This document shows positions 10,501-19,443 of a DNA stretch of 64,000 bases, one piece after another (within the stretch, counting starts at the first letter, position 1; each line of letters starts with the position of its first letter). This DNA comes from Bacteroidota bacterium. GTDB taxonomy: Bacteria; Bacteroidota; Bacteroidia; Chitinophagales; LD1. Where the stretch lies: contig JADKJG010000005.1 in the NCBI GenBank assembly GCA_016722375.1, positions 130,435 to 194,434 on the forward strand, in the 5' to 3' direction. The translations under genes and the position numbers were made by a program. Under the pieces are notes generated by a model. It saw only the letters and a list, made by a program, of their open reading frames with translations. It was not told the DNA's origin and searched no databases.

Positions 10501-11669
10501 CGGTTTATACCGATTTTTTCCCTTTCGCTAAAATAGGCCAAATTACTTTTTCAAAAACAGATTCTTCAAAAGCGCTTGCTACTGCAACCGGCCCCATAAC
10601 GAAATTATTGCGTTCAACAGAAGGAGGGAAATCTGGTTCTTGGGTTGATATATCAAATCATGTTTTCAAAGGAACTGATTTCAATACTACCTTTGGTACA
10701 TATCCTGATACCAATTGGGGGACATGGAATAATGTTGGCAATGGAGTTAATTGGAAAGTGGTTAGTGTTCCAATCTCAGTAAATAATATGGCTGCACGAG
10801 TTGTATCAACGTCTCAGGATAGTACTGCTACTTTAGTAAGCGAGTTTCCCGGTGGCTCGATGCAACCCAATAGCTACTGGTCAATCTCTTTTGATGCAGC
10901 AATTCCTGCCAATGTGCAACTCCGAATCCGACTTTGCCAAGATACAGGTCAAATTTATAATACCAGCTACTTCCCGCATGAAATTGCTTTTGATGTTGTG
11001 TCTAGTAATCGGCTTTTAGCCAAGTATGGTTTTTCTTTTACTAACCCAACCAATACATTTTACAGATTTATAGGCATTGATGCATATCTGCCAGGATCAA
11101 CCACACCTCTCATAATTGATAATATTACCCTCAGATCGCTTTCATCCGCTACATATTTTTATGATATTGTAAAAGACCATACAACGGGAAATCCTACCTC
11201 AGGACATGAAATAGCCTATATAGCTGTTAAGGATATGAACCATGTTGTTACCTTAGTTAAGTATGATTTGGACAATTTAAGTCATCCGGTAATCTGGTCC
11301 AAACCTGCAATTGCTTTACGTACAGATGTAAAAGTGCAGGTTCCGGAATATAACCACAATAGAATATACTTAGCTGGGTCTCAAGATTGGGTTTATAAAA
11401 CCGATAGTTCGCAATTGTCTTCGCTTTCATTTAACTTGACAGCTTCTTCCCATATTGACATCAGAAGCCTGGAATTAATTGATGAATATGGGAATGAACT
11501 ATATGTAGGTAATGACGGCGGAATAAGCAAATTATCTAATGGTGGAAGTGTAATACAAAATTATAACAAAAGTGGTTTTGCCACTAACCTCACTTTTGGA
11601 TTCAGCAGTTCGGAGGCAATTAAAAGCAGAGTTTTAGCTGGGAACGTAGATAACGCAACATTATGTTGA
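7557..11669 (+). CDS. fragment 1 of 3 of a giant T9SS cargo protein: signal peptide, SBBP-type beta-propeller repeats, Ig-like and BNR/sortilin-like regions
   Basis: Signal peptide 'MKKSLPFLVCLLLILFGKTFLSAQ'. Repeated 'GGSSGDYGYRLSLDRDGNIYITGSFAGTVSF'-type units. Ends at an in-frame TGA (11667-11669). Confidence 0.75.
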   Translation: MKKSLPFLVCLLLILFGKTFLSAQDVKWAIRVGGSGTEIGFNIAVDSSKRTYAAQQIISGTSVNFNGSCTITGGSNSYDVSFVRLDTVGACISSKYIITQNDNVMGLRLDSLNNIYIVGNRSGTNSLCTSQATSGQDLLLAKLSSTGTCTWGKKIGGSSGDYGYRLSLDRDGNIYITGSFAGTVSFDGISLVSGGSNDGFIAKFNNSGTIQWAKKFGSTGDDFGYGISNVVNGNFYVCGRVQNTGTFGTLSAVSKGGYDAFIAKVDASNGSFVWLRTAGVSGAANENGIQVVMDPSGNALYTVLVSGGAIFGTDTIPYRCEAVVMYNSDGDIQWTRPMGSAAGYIGPSVAIHDSTIYFAGALGATTYIGPFTATTAGGADILLAALDYSGKPLWVKTYGSTASDYAMEIACDQEGDLYVTGVFSGTVNFGGISRTSSGSNDVYYFKATPPLLITKVAEGKNMVCGTGAFDVAYRTGTIFDTTNVFTVELSDTAGNFSQPVPVGTLNATTSGTITATIPDTIPAGSSYRLRITSSNPATTGAEYATNFRLSPIPSTPTPPTPQTSCSDTTVLFVFDSILAGSGGHQIEWALSSLFDTTEIIESNGSINLLVESGAMDTLWMRSRDSITGCVSGIVWTTGRVNAVPDQPTTSELLTSLEDTVAIFSFDTVEAGSGGDKIEWSLISDYSSSTTETSPATLAIDVNSGGNKTIYIRTDNEITGCNSESIMFIVMNGVQYGNDSSTNAPPTFFSVKSQMEAYMEANPVEEPEEDGPENNYLKWKWFWEPRHNPQNGRLDAAAAALIAYGSNPGNYCDTSSAFPSNWQSMGPSDDAEHRGRVNQIWIEPGDSSHLIVGTTGGVWELNGNTWTCMTDNGGIPSTAISALAVNPTSGNQGDIRVGLGSASQSNDDHHQWTHGYGLGVAIRDKTSHEWSIDEGFRNHYYAMDSNWLPIVSSAVFKPGSQDFYVSAGRYIFRKLAGQSNYETVYTDFFPFAKIGQITFSKTDSSKALATATGPITKLLRSTEGGKSGSWVDISNHVFKGTDFNTTFGTYPDTNWGTWNNVGNGVNWKVVSVPISVNNMAARVVSTSQDSTATLVSEFPGGSMQPNSYWSISFDAAIPANVQLRIRLCQDTGQIYNTSYFPHEIAFDVVSSNRLLAKYGFSFTNPTNTFYRFIGIDAYLPGSTTPLIIDNITLRSLSSATYFYDIVKDHTTGNPTSGHEIAYIAVKDMNHVVTLVKYDLDNLSHPVIWSKPAIALRTDVKVQVPEYNHNRIYLAGSQDWVYKTDSSQLSSLSFNLTASSHIDIRSLELIDEYGNELYVGNDGGISKLSNGGSVIQNYNKSGFATNLTFGFSSSEAIKSRVLAGNVDNATLC

Positions 11670-11693
11670 GATGGTTCCGGCAATTGGGTTAAC

Positions 11694-14648
11694 GTGCCTC
11701 CGGTTTATGATAGTTATGAAACAGCGATTGACCGCGAAGATGGTGATAACGGATGGACCCAATTAGGCGGTGGTGATGGAGAATCTTTTTTGTATTCTAC
11801 AAATGATGTTTTAACTGGTTTTCCTCCGCAACGAAATCCGAATCAACCAGATGCAACTAATTATACGCGCCAAATCTTCATTAAACAAATGTTTTATCAC
11901 CCATGGACAAATAAGTTATTATGCGGAACGAATGACATTCAGGTTTATAATGAATCCAACGATACCTGGGCAAAGCTAAATGCCAATCAAGGGCAAGCAG
12001 GTACCTATGATTTTAGGGAGGCCGGGCTGCCAGGTGATGTAGAAAAGGGAGGAATTACTGCTATGTGGGTAGGAAAAAATTTAAAGGACGATATACAATA
12101 CGTTATCAGTAATACGTCCTTAATCTATCGCCATTGGCAGGACATTTCCGATAATAATACATGGAAATGGAGTTCGATAGGAACCCTTAAGACATACGGG
12201 AATGATTCTGCTATAAGTAACTTTACGCAAGGGCAGTATTGGGCAAAGTATCGTTATCATCTACCCATGTGCGTTACGGCAGATCCAGATAATCCTTTAC
12301 ACGTTTGGGTGGGCTTTGGAGGTATGAAAGGCTGGCACCCTGATGATCCATTGGCTAATTCTGGCGATCAACGCATTTTCCGTTCCGATGATGGCGGTGA
12401 ACATTGGACTGATTGCAGCGCTGGTCTGCCTCCTTTCCCTGTAACCAAAATTGTTTACCAGGATGGCACCGACGACATTTTATATGCAGCCACTGATATT
12501 GGGGTGTATGCGTGGGATAAAAATTTCGAAAACGACAGCGGCCCTAATGGCAGATGGGTTTGTTTCCATGAAAATCTCCCAAACGTAGTAATCACCGATA
12601 TGGAAATTGTGCAGTGCGAAAACAAAATTCGTGTTTCTACGTGGGGAAGAGGAATTTGGGAAACGGCGCTTCCACCGGTGCCGGAAGCCCAGCGGCGTGA
12701 GTTACTCATTGAAGAAAATACAACATGGAGCCATACTCGAATGGTGGCCACGACGATAAGGATTCAAAGCGATGCGGCATTGATCATCAATAACAGAGCT
12801 ACTATATTGATGGCGCCTGGAACCAGCATTATTGTTGAACCGGGAGGAAAATTGATGGTGGATAGTGGAAAAATAACCAGCGGTTGTGGCGAAACATGGG
12901 ATGGAATTATTGTTAAAGGTGACATGGCATCTCATGCGCAAAACCTGAGCACCACCAATAACGCAACAGCCATGAGCAATCAGGGGTTTGTTTATTTGTT
13001 CGGCGCGACGATAGAAAACGCCTACGAAGCTTTGCGGGTGTGGAATCCGGCGGTGGGGTGGGTGAGCGGTGATCATAATATCGGGGGAACCGGCGGCATT
13101 GTGAGGGCTGTTAATACCACCTTTAAGAACAACCGGCGAAGCGCCGAGTTTATGTGGTATAGAAATACCAATGATGCTGCCAATAAAAGTCATTTCTATA
13201 ATTGCCGATTTGAAACGGATGCCGCGCACACGCCTGTCTATCCGTTTTCCGCTCATGTAACGATGTGGGGAGTCAATGGAATAACGTTTAAGGGTTGTAC
13301 CTTTGAGAACCAGAATACGCAGAGCGATTCCATGCAAGACAAAGTATTAGGCGTGGGCATCCGGGCGATTGATGCTGGCTTTAAGGTGCTGGACTTTGGC
13401 TCACAGCGAAGCGAATTCAAAAATTTTAAGGAAGGGATTTACATCAGTTCCTTAACTTCTCCTTACAAGACCGAAGTAATTCATGCTGAATTTGAAAGCT
13501 GCATCCGGGGCATACGAAACGAAGGGGTAAATGCCTGCCGGTTTATTGATAACAGCTTTGCCATCGGTAACCTGGCGCAAATAACAAATTATCCTCCCGG
13601 GGGTATTGCAGGGACCAATGAAGGAATTGTATTGCACCAGTGTACGGGCTTCGAGGTGGAAGGGAATACATTTAACAAAGCCACCGCATCTCCTTACCCA
13701 CCGATAGGAATTCGTGCGGCCAGCACCGGAGACAACAATAACCTGATAAACGATAATACATTCAGTGGTCTTTTTATAGGTAATTTGGCAAATGGGGTGA
13801 ATCAAAACAAGAATGAAGATGAAGAAACTGGGTTAATATATCTCTGTAACATCAACGCTTCAAATATTCCCGGCTATGATTTTTGTGTGGTCAATAGGCC
13901 AATAGCTGCAGGTGGAGGAATAAACCAAAAGCAGGGTAATCACTCTTTCCCGGCTAATAATGAGTTTTCCGATTGTTCGCCCAATTGTAATTCGTTCCGA
14001 CATTTTTATAATGATACATTAGCGGTAGATGTAACGTATTATCATTTTAATCAAGCGATTCCTAATAATTTACTTTATCCAACTTATCGTACGGCTATAC
14101 CCAAATTTCGTACGCAACAAGTAGTTCTTCCCCAAAACCCCAACATCTGTCTAAGCCAATCCCCATTCTGTCCTTATTGCATTACTATTGATGACTTCAG
14201 AGATGCTTTTGTAACTCATAAATGGTCACTTCACGATTACCTACAGCAATATATCGGGCTGATTGATGATGGAGATACCCCGTATGTATTAGATGAAATT
14301 GAAAATGCCACAAACGGACCTACGCTTAAAACTTATCTTGATGGCATTGCGCCTAACCTGAGCCGGCAGGCGCTGGAGGTCAGTGTTCAAAGAATGTTAT
14401 TGCTTTCCGAAGCTGGAGTTTACGAGGTGTTGAGGGATAATGCCGAATCGGTGGACGACAGCATTATTGCTCACTATTTACAAATACTACGAATTGAATC
14501 CCGAAGGCGCGATGCCCGAATGGATGGTGGATACGATTCGTATGCGGATGGACAGCTCAACTTTACGCTCCTATTTGCTGGATACCATTTCATACCACTC
14601 CCAAGCAAAAGACCAAACAGCATTCCGCGTTCTGAATCTAATACTTGA
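11694..14648 (+). CDS. fragment 2 of 3: same frame as fragment 1; BNR/propeller-like and parallel beta-helix-like regions
   Basis: Same reading frame as 7557..11669 (both coordinates are divisible by 3). It has no signal peptide and its own start is only a GTG. Sequence is beta-helix-like (NNRATILMAPGTSIIVEPGGKLMVDSG, IRNEGVNACRFIDNSFAIGN). Confidence 0.65.
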   Translation: MPPVYDSYETAIDREDGDNGWTQLGGGDGESFLYSTNDVLTGFPPQRNPNQPDATNYTRQIFIKQMFYHPWTNKLLCGTNDIQVYNESNDTWAKLNANQGQAGTYDFREAGLPGDVEKGGITAMWVGKNLKDDIQYVISNTSLIYRHWQDISDNNTWKWSSIGTLKTYGNDSAISNFTQGQYWAKYRYHLPMCVTADPDNPLHVWVGFGGMKGWHPDDPLANSGDQRIFRSDDGGEHWTDCSAGLPPFPVTKIVYQDGTDDILYAATDIGVYAWDKNFENDSGPNGRWVCFHENLPNVVITDMEIVQCENKIRVSTWGRGIWETALPPVPEAQRRELLIEENTTWSHTRMVATTIRIQSDAALIINNRATILMAPGTSIIVEPGGKLMVDSGKITSGCGETWDGIIVKGDMASHAQNLSTTNNATAMSNQGFVYLFGATIENAYEALRVWNPAVGWVSGDHNIGGTGGIVRAVNTTFKNNRRSAEFMWYRNTNDAANKSHFYNCRFETDAAHTPVYPFSAHVTMWGVNGITFKGCTFENQNTQSDSMQDKVLGVGIRAIDAGFKVLDFGSQRSEFKNFKEGIYISSLTSPYKTEVIHAEFESCIRGIRNEGVNACRFIDNSFAIGNLAQITNYPPGGIAGTNEGIVLHQCTGFEVEGNTFNKATASPYPPIGIRAASTGDNNNLINDNTFSGLFIGNLANGVNQNKNEDEETGLIYLCNINASNIPGYDFCVVNRPIAAGGGINQKQGNHSFPANNEFSDCSPNCNSFRHFYNDTLAVDVTYYHFNQAIPNNLLYPTYRTAIPKFRTQQVVLPQNPNICLSQSPFCPYCITIDDFRDAFVTHKWSLHDYLQQYIGLIDDGDTPYVLDEIENATNGPTLKTYLDGIAPNLSRQALEVSVQRMLLLSEAGVYEVLRDNAESVDDSIIAHYLQILRIESRRRDARMDGGYDSYADGQLNFTLLFAGYHFIPLPSKRPNSIPRSESNT

Positions 14649-15360
14649 TGATACTACCGGATTGGATTTGAGCATCTACCGGAACTGGTTAGACAGTTTG
14701 GGCGGTGAGTGGTCCAGGTATGAAAAGGTAAAAACTTATTTGCATGAAGGAAGATTAGACACAATAGTTCAACTCTTAGACAGCATGCAAACAAACTTGA
14801 CTTCTTTAAACGACAGTCTTAACTATGGCAACTATCGAGACGCATTAACGTCTTATATTGACCTGATAGAAGAAGACTCATCGGTTATGAAATTGGCGTC
14901 TGCTCATATAGAAACATTAAACGAACGCGCGATGGAAAATGAGCATTTAAGAGGTTCGATGTATGCCCGCAACCTGCTGAACTTTTTTTACGATAGCACT
15001 TATTTTACTCCTCCCTATTTACCAGAAAATGCACCGGGATGGTCTGGTAAGCGAGGGAGTGAACCGGATGAAGTCAGAAAATCTGTGGAGCCAGGAAAAA
15101 AATTCAAAACATTACCTGTGTTAAAGATATATCCGAATCCTGCTAAGGAATTTGTAATTGTTGAGTATGAAGGATTTGAAGAAGGTGGAACAGTTCAGGT
15201 CATGGATGTCTATGGACGATTACTAAGCGTGATCCACACAAAAGCTGAAAACGAAAAGGTTGAAATAAATACGTCGGGGTTTAACAGCGGTATATACTTA
15301 GTTAGCGTGATGGTCGATAGAACAATGAAAGATAAAGGCAAGTTTAATATTGTGAAATGA
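14440..15360 (+). CDS. fragment 3 of 3: +1 frame, ends in a T9SS type A C-terminal sorting domain
   Basis: Overlaps fragment 2 by 209 nt in another frame. C-terminal 78 aa 'KIYPNPAKEFVIVEY...GIYLVSVMVDRTMKDKGKFNIVK' is a Por-secretion-tail pattern. Confidence 0.65.
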   Translation: MPNRWTTALLLTIYKYYELNPEGAMPEWMVDTIRMRMDSSTLRSYLLDTISYHSQAKDQTAFRVLNLILDDTTGLDLSIYRNWLDSLGGEWSRYEKVKTYLHEGRLDTIVQLLDSMQTNLTSLNDSLNYGNYRDALTSYIDLIEEDSSVMKLASAHIETLNERAMENEHLRGSMYARNLLNFFYDSTYFTPPYLPENAPGWSGKRGSEPDEVRKSVEPGKKFKTLPVLKIYPNPAKEFVIVEYEGFEEGGTVQVMDVYGRLLSVIHTKAENEKVEINTSGFNSGIYLVSVMVDRTMKDKGKFNIVK

Positions 15361-16877
15361 TTTCTGTTCCACTAACCAGGTCAAAGCCTATAATCTTATG
15401 GGCTTTAACTGTGTTAACTATTTCAGCCAATGCGCAATTTTTTTTAAACAGAACCTATCAGGAGGATAGGCCCTCCATGCTTTTTAGTAGCATTATCAGG
15501 GAGAATACGGATTATAAAATTGTCGGTGTTACTTCGTCATATAATCCATCTCATTGGGGTCGAATCTTTGTTGCCAAAATTGATTCTGTAGGCACATTTA
15601 TTCAATACAAATCAACCACCGACGACGAAATAAAAATTTATGGTTCTTTCCAAAACAGCATTGTCAAAACAACACGAGGGGAGTATGCATTTGCAGGCTA
15701 TTCGTACGACTCCCTTCCCAGAGCAATTCTTGGAAGGTATCATTCTTCATTAGATACAATTCAAATACTGGAATATCAAACTCCTTTTTCTTATGCTTTT
15801 CAGGGAGAATTTGTTCTGGAGTATGATACCCATGTTTTTTTTATCGCTGGTGTCAGAACAGACAGCACAACGTTACGTTCTAATGTAATGCTGATGAAGA
15901 TAGACAGCGTAGGCAACAGATTGTGGGAGAAATATTATGGATTAAATCCTGTTGCAGAATCCACCACCAGTTTCATCAAGTTACATAATGGCAACATGAT
16001 GATAGGTAGTTATCGTCGGAACTTTAATCTAACGCGTGAACTGAGCTATACATGGCTGTTGGAGGTGGACACGGGCGGTACGATAGTGCGGCAATGGCTT
16101 GACCCTAACGACAGCACCTACGGTGCGTATGGCTTGCTCCAAACCAAAGACGGAGGGTTTATTTATTCGGCGCAGAAAAAAGCAGAACAATTTGCTAATT
16201 CCATCTATACAATAGGAACTGTAGTGAAAATGGATAACAACTTTAACAAACAGTGGACGTATGAAGGGGGTGGGAGCAGATCTCTTGCCACAGGGCTTTT
16301 CGATATTGAGGAGTTAGAGGATAGTAGTTTTATAGCTTGCGGTAACAGGAGGTATGCATCCTTGCCGGGTTCAGGCGTACAAAGCGGATGGGTTGTAAAA
16401 TTGTCTTCATCAGGTGAAGTACTATGGGAGCGTACTTATGAAGGATTTACAACCTCTTCCGCAGATAATTTTTTGTATGATATAGACTTATTGCCGGATG
16501 GCGGGTTTATAGCTTGTGGTGAAGCAGTAGGTGATAGCGGGCAGTTTGGCTGGATATTGAGGTTGGATAGTAATGGGTGCGAGGTGGAGAATTGTTTGGT
16601 AGGGATAGATGAAGTGGTTAACCCGATTAGGGAGGAAATGAAGGTTTACCCGAATCCGGCGAAGGATTTTGTGATGGTGGAGTATGCCGGGTTTGAAAAC
16701 AACGGCTTAGTTGAAATTCTGGATATTTATGGCAGAATAATTACTACACAACAAACCACGACAGAAAAAGGAAGAGTTGAAATTAATACATCCGGGTTTA
16801 GTAGTGGGCTATACATCGTTAGGGTGATTGGAAATAATATTGTGAAAGAAAAAGGGCGATTTAATATCATGAAATGA
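15357..16877 (+). CDS. secreted protein of unknown function with a T9SS type A C-terminal sorting domain
   Basis: Signal peptide (...LTVLTISANAQ). C-terminal 'KVYPNPAKDFVMVEY...GLYIVRVIGNNIVKEKGRFNIMK'. The start overlaps the upstream stop (ATGA). Confidence 0.75.
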   Translation: MISVPLTRSKPIILWALTVLTISANAQFFLNRTYQEDRPSMLFSSIIRENTDYKIVGVTSSYNPSHWGRIFVAKIDSVGTFIQYKSTTDDEIKIYGSFQNSIVKTTRGEYAFAGYSYDSLPRAILGRYHSSLDTIQILEYQTPFSYAFQGEFVLEYDTHVFFIAGVRTDSTTLRSNVMLMKIDSVGNRLWEKYYGLNPVAESTTSFIKLHNGNMMIGSYRRNFNLTRELSYTWLLEVDTGGTIVRQWLDPNDSTYGAYGLLQTKDGGFIYSAQKKAEQFANSIYTIGTVVKMDNNFNKQWTYEGGGSRSLATGLFDIEELEDSSFIACGNRRYASLPGSGVQSGWVVKLSSSGEVLWERTYEGFTTSSADNFLYDIDLLPDGGFIACGEAVGDSGQFGWILRLDSNGCEVENCLVGIDEVVNPIREEMKVYPNPAKDFVMVEYAGFENNGLVEILDIYGRIITTQQTTTEKGRVEINTSGFSSGLYIVRVIGNNIVKEKGRFNIMK

Positions 16878-17167
16878 GTAATCTTTACTTTCCCCCCCGA
16901 AGAGTCTCGTTTCGGACTCTGCGCGTATGAACGAGTAAACTAGCTAAAAGCAGCGTCCTTTTTACGTTTATATCTATTGAAAAAAAGAGACACTTCGAGG
17001 GAAGGAATTAGCCAACTTCAAATTGGAATAACCACTAGCTATAATCGAGTAGTCTGCCTCTCCTTTTGGCAGGCCCGCCTTCTACATCCACTATAACCTC
17101 TGCTGACTTATTGGCGCATAGAGACCAAGTCTATTCCATGACCTCCCTCGGTAAAGTGAGCCCCCTA

Positions 17168-17217
17168 CCACACATAGGCGATGCCTAGTGTGGTATTTTC
17201 TGATTTTATTATTTTTG
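17168..17217 (+). terminator. terminator-like hairpin with a T-rich tail in an ORF-free 356-bp spacer
   Basis: ccacac-a-taggc-gat-gccta-gtgtgg (17168-17193) is followed by tattttctgattttattatttttg. Confidence 0.4.
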
Positions 17218-17233
17218 AATAAACATCCCCATT

Positions 17234-18769
17234 ATGAAAACAAATTTACCTATCCACTTTTACCTACTTTTTTTAGCCTGTCTGGCCTTTACGGCTCCCG
17301 GCTTCGCCCAAGACGGCACTTTGGATCCAACATTTAATGGAACTGGTTTCCAGTTGCTATCAGACAGCGGCAGTTTGCACAACCGGGGAAGTTCCGTCGC
17401 TCGCCAGACAGATGGCAAGTTGATAGCCTGCGGTTATGCCGAATTTATTGGTCTTAATAATTATTTCACGGTGGTCACCCGATATAACACGAACGGTACG
17501 TTGGATAGTTCCTTCGGTTATAACGGTATCGTGCATACCCGTGTAGATTCTGTAGGGAGCGAGGGCGCAGTGGTGCGTATTCAATCGGACAACAAGATAT
17601 TGATATATGCAAATGCGTTCAAAATTAACCAGGATCGCAATCCCTTGTCCACCGTACTGATCCGATATTTGCCGAATGGCGATCTGGACAGTACGTTTGG
17701 GACCAATGGCATTACCCAGCGGGTAGATGTGGCGCAATATGCCAGTGCCTCACAACTATTGATCCAGCCGGATCATAAAATATTAGTGGCAGCTTCCGAT
17801 TATAGCGATGCCTTTATAGCTCGCTTTACGGCCAGCGGCCAGTTGGACAGTAGCTTTAGCCACACCGGTGTTTTCCAGTATAATGTAAGTTTCAATTTCA
17901 CCTCTGTGGCCGGTATGCTGCTGGATCCAAACCAGAAGCTGATTGTGGTGGGAACAGGCTCTAATGGAGGAAATATGTTTTATTATATCCGGCGCTTTAC
18001 CGCTGATGGAATTCCTGATAGTACTTATAGCGATGATGGTATCACCAATGAACTGAGCGGGGATTACCGCGGCACCCGTATCTCGGCAATAGGTTACCAG
18101 AGCAACGGGAAGATCATTTTGGCGGGCGACCAAGGCTATGATCCAAAGAATTTGCTAATGATCCGTTACAATGCTGATTTGACCTTTGATAATTCATTTG
18201 ATACTGCAGCCTGCAAAGTGCGGGTGAACGGTGAATTATCAAGAAGCAAAAGCGCGGTGGTGCTGGCTGATAACCGCATTGCGGTGGTGGCTGTAATAGG
18301 TGATGATTATGACAAGTTAGCCGTGGTACGGTTCAATGCTAATGGTGGATATGACAACAGCTTCGGCACCGGCGGCTATTTCAAAGGCCCTGAAGTATCT
18401 GTGGCTACAGAGATTTTGGAGCAGGCAGATGGCAAAGTGGCCTTCGTGTGCGGGGAGTGGGATTCGATTAACAGCCGACGTATACAATCGGTTTACCGTT
18501 TGCGAAACACAACAGTAATGGGCTTAGAGGAGGTGGATGAAAACACATCGGCCCGCTTATATCCCAACCCCACAACGGGTCGGTTCCGTATTGCATCTGA
18601 TAAGGAGGTTGAATCTATCCGCGTGTTTGATCTATTGGGAAAAGAAATGGCGATTCAACTCCTAGGCAATAATGAAGCAAATGCTTCCGGCTACCCGGCT
18701 GGAATTTACCAAGTAGAAGCCTTGATGCGAGATAAGAGCAGCATACATTTGAAAATGTTGTTGCGGTAA
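17234..18769 (+). CDS. delta-60-repeat secreted protein with a T9SS C-terminal sorting domain
   Basis: Signal peptide (...FTAPGFAQ). Repeated 'DG.LD.SFG.NG' units (GTLDPTFNGTG, GTLDSSFGYNG, GDLDSTFGTNG, GQLDSSFSHTG, GGYDNSFGTGG). C-terminal 'RLYPNPTTGRFRI...GIYQVEA'. Confidence 0.8.
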   Translation: MKTNLPIHFYLLFLACLAFTAPGFAQDGTLDPTFNGTGFQLLSDSGSLHNRGSSVARQTDGKLIACGYAEFIGLNNYFTVVTRYNTNGTLDSSFGYNGIVHTRVDSVGSEGAVVRIQSDNKILIYANAFKINQDRNPLSTVLIRYLPNGDLDSTFGTNGITQRVDVAQYASASQLLIQPDHKILVAASDYSDAFIARFTASGQLDSSFSHTGVFQYNVSFNFTSVAGMLLDPNQKLIVVGTGSNGGNMFYYIRRFTADGIPDSTYSDDGITNELSGDYRGTRISAIGYQSNGKIILAGDQGYDPKNLLMIRYNADLTFDNSFDTAACKVRVNGELSRSKSAVVLADNRIAVVAVIGDDYDKLAVVRFNANGGYDNSFGTGGYFKGPEVSVATEILEQADGKVAFVCGEWDSINSRRIQSVYRLRNTTVMGLEEVDENTSARLYPNPTTGRFRIASDKEVESIRVFDLLGKEMAIQLLGNNEANASGYPAGIYQVEALMRDKSSIHLKMLLR

Positions 18770-19137
18770 TACGGCACACCATAGGTTCAAATATAGGGTT
18801 TGAGCTAACGATCTCGTTAAGATCCTTTTTGGAGGTTAGATTATCAGCATAAACTAAATTGTCTTTAAACTTTGTTTCTCTCTTTACTACCTTTTTTGTA
18901 TTAGGTTACTACAAAGGCAATATAAGCAAAATGGTTTTCAAAATAATTTATCCTTGCTTCATTCAGGGTAGTCCCTGCTATCCGATTTTATAGTAACAAA
19001 TTGGCGTTACACATCAGGGAAATACTGATTATTTAGCCATCTCTATTGTTGTCAAACAATATAGATTTGAACTACGAACGAATCAATTTGCCATCATGAA
19101 TAAGTCACCGATAAACTTGAAAACAAATTAGAGTATC

Positions 19138-19437
19138 ATGTCAGAAAGCAACAAATCACCACACATCCTCAATACCTCATCTAACCTCCTAGGTCTTTGC
19201 TTTTTGGTGTTAACCTATATTAGGGTACAAAAATTACAATCAATTACAATCATTGACGATGTAATTACAATTGCCATTGTCTTCTTTATGGCAAGTAGTA
19301 TATTGTCATTTCTTTCGTTACGCAGTAACACTAAAAAAAGCGAATCTTTTGAAAATATCGCCGACTATACGTTTCTTATTGGTTTATTCTTACTGTTCGG
19401 AATTACTATGTTAGTTGCCTTTAATATCTCTAAGTAA
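19138..19437 (+). CDS. small membrane protein (3 predicted TM helices), unknown function
   Basis: 99 aa with three hydrophobic stretches. Ends 6 nt upstream of the ABC gene start. Confidence 0.4.
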   Translation: MSESNKSPHILNTSSNLLGLCFLVLTYIRVQKLQSITIIDDVITIAIVFFMASSILSFLSLRSNTKKSESFENIADYTFLIGLFLLFGITMLVAFNISK

Positions 19438-19443
19438 AGCCAA

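Noticed and set aside
11667-11669. In-frame TGA in the giant gene as evidence for TGA-sense recoding (alternative genetic code) or selenocysteine
   Set aside because: TGA clearly terminates well-supported genes here (idi at 2243-2245, the crp-family gene at 33145-33147, the SIR2-like gene at 56387-56389). I saw no obvious SECIS-like context, and the same gene also carries a frameshift. A nonsense mutation or sequencing error is more parsimonious.
12702-13337. Long antisense or nested ORFs inside well-supported genes (e.g. 12702..13337 -, 26464..26919 -, 47904..48380 +, 50153..50650 -, 36322..36888 -)
   Set aside because: They lie entirely within, and opposite to or out of frame with, genes that have strong family signatures. 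Their sequences are low-complexity with no motifs, which is typical of shadow ORFs.
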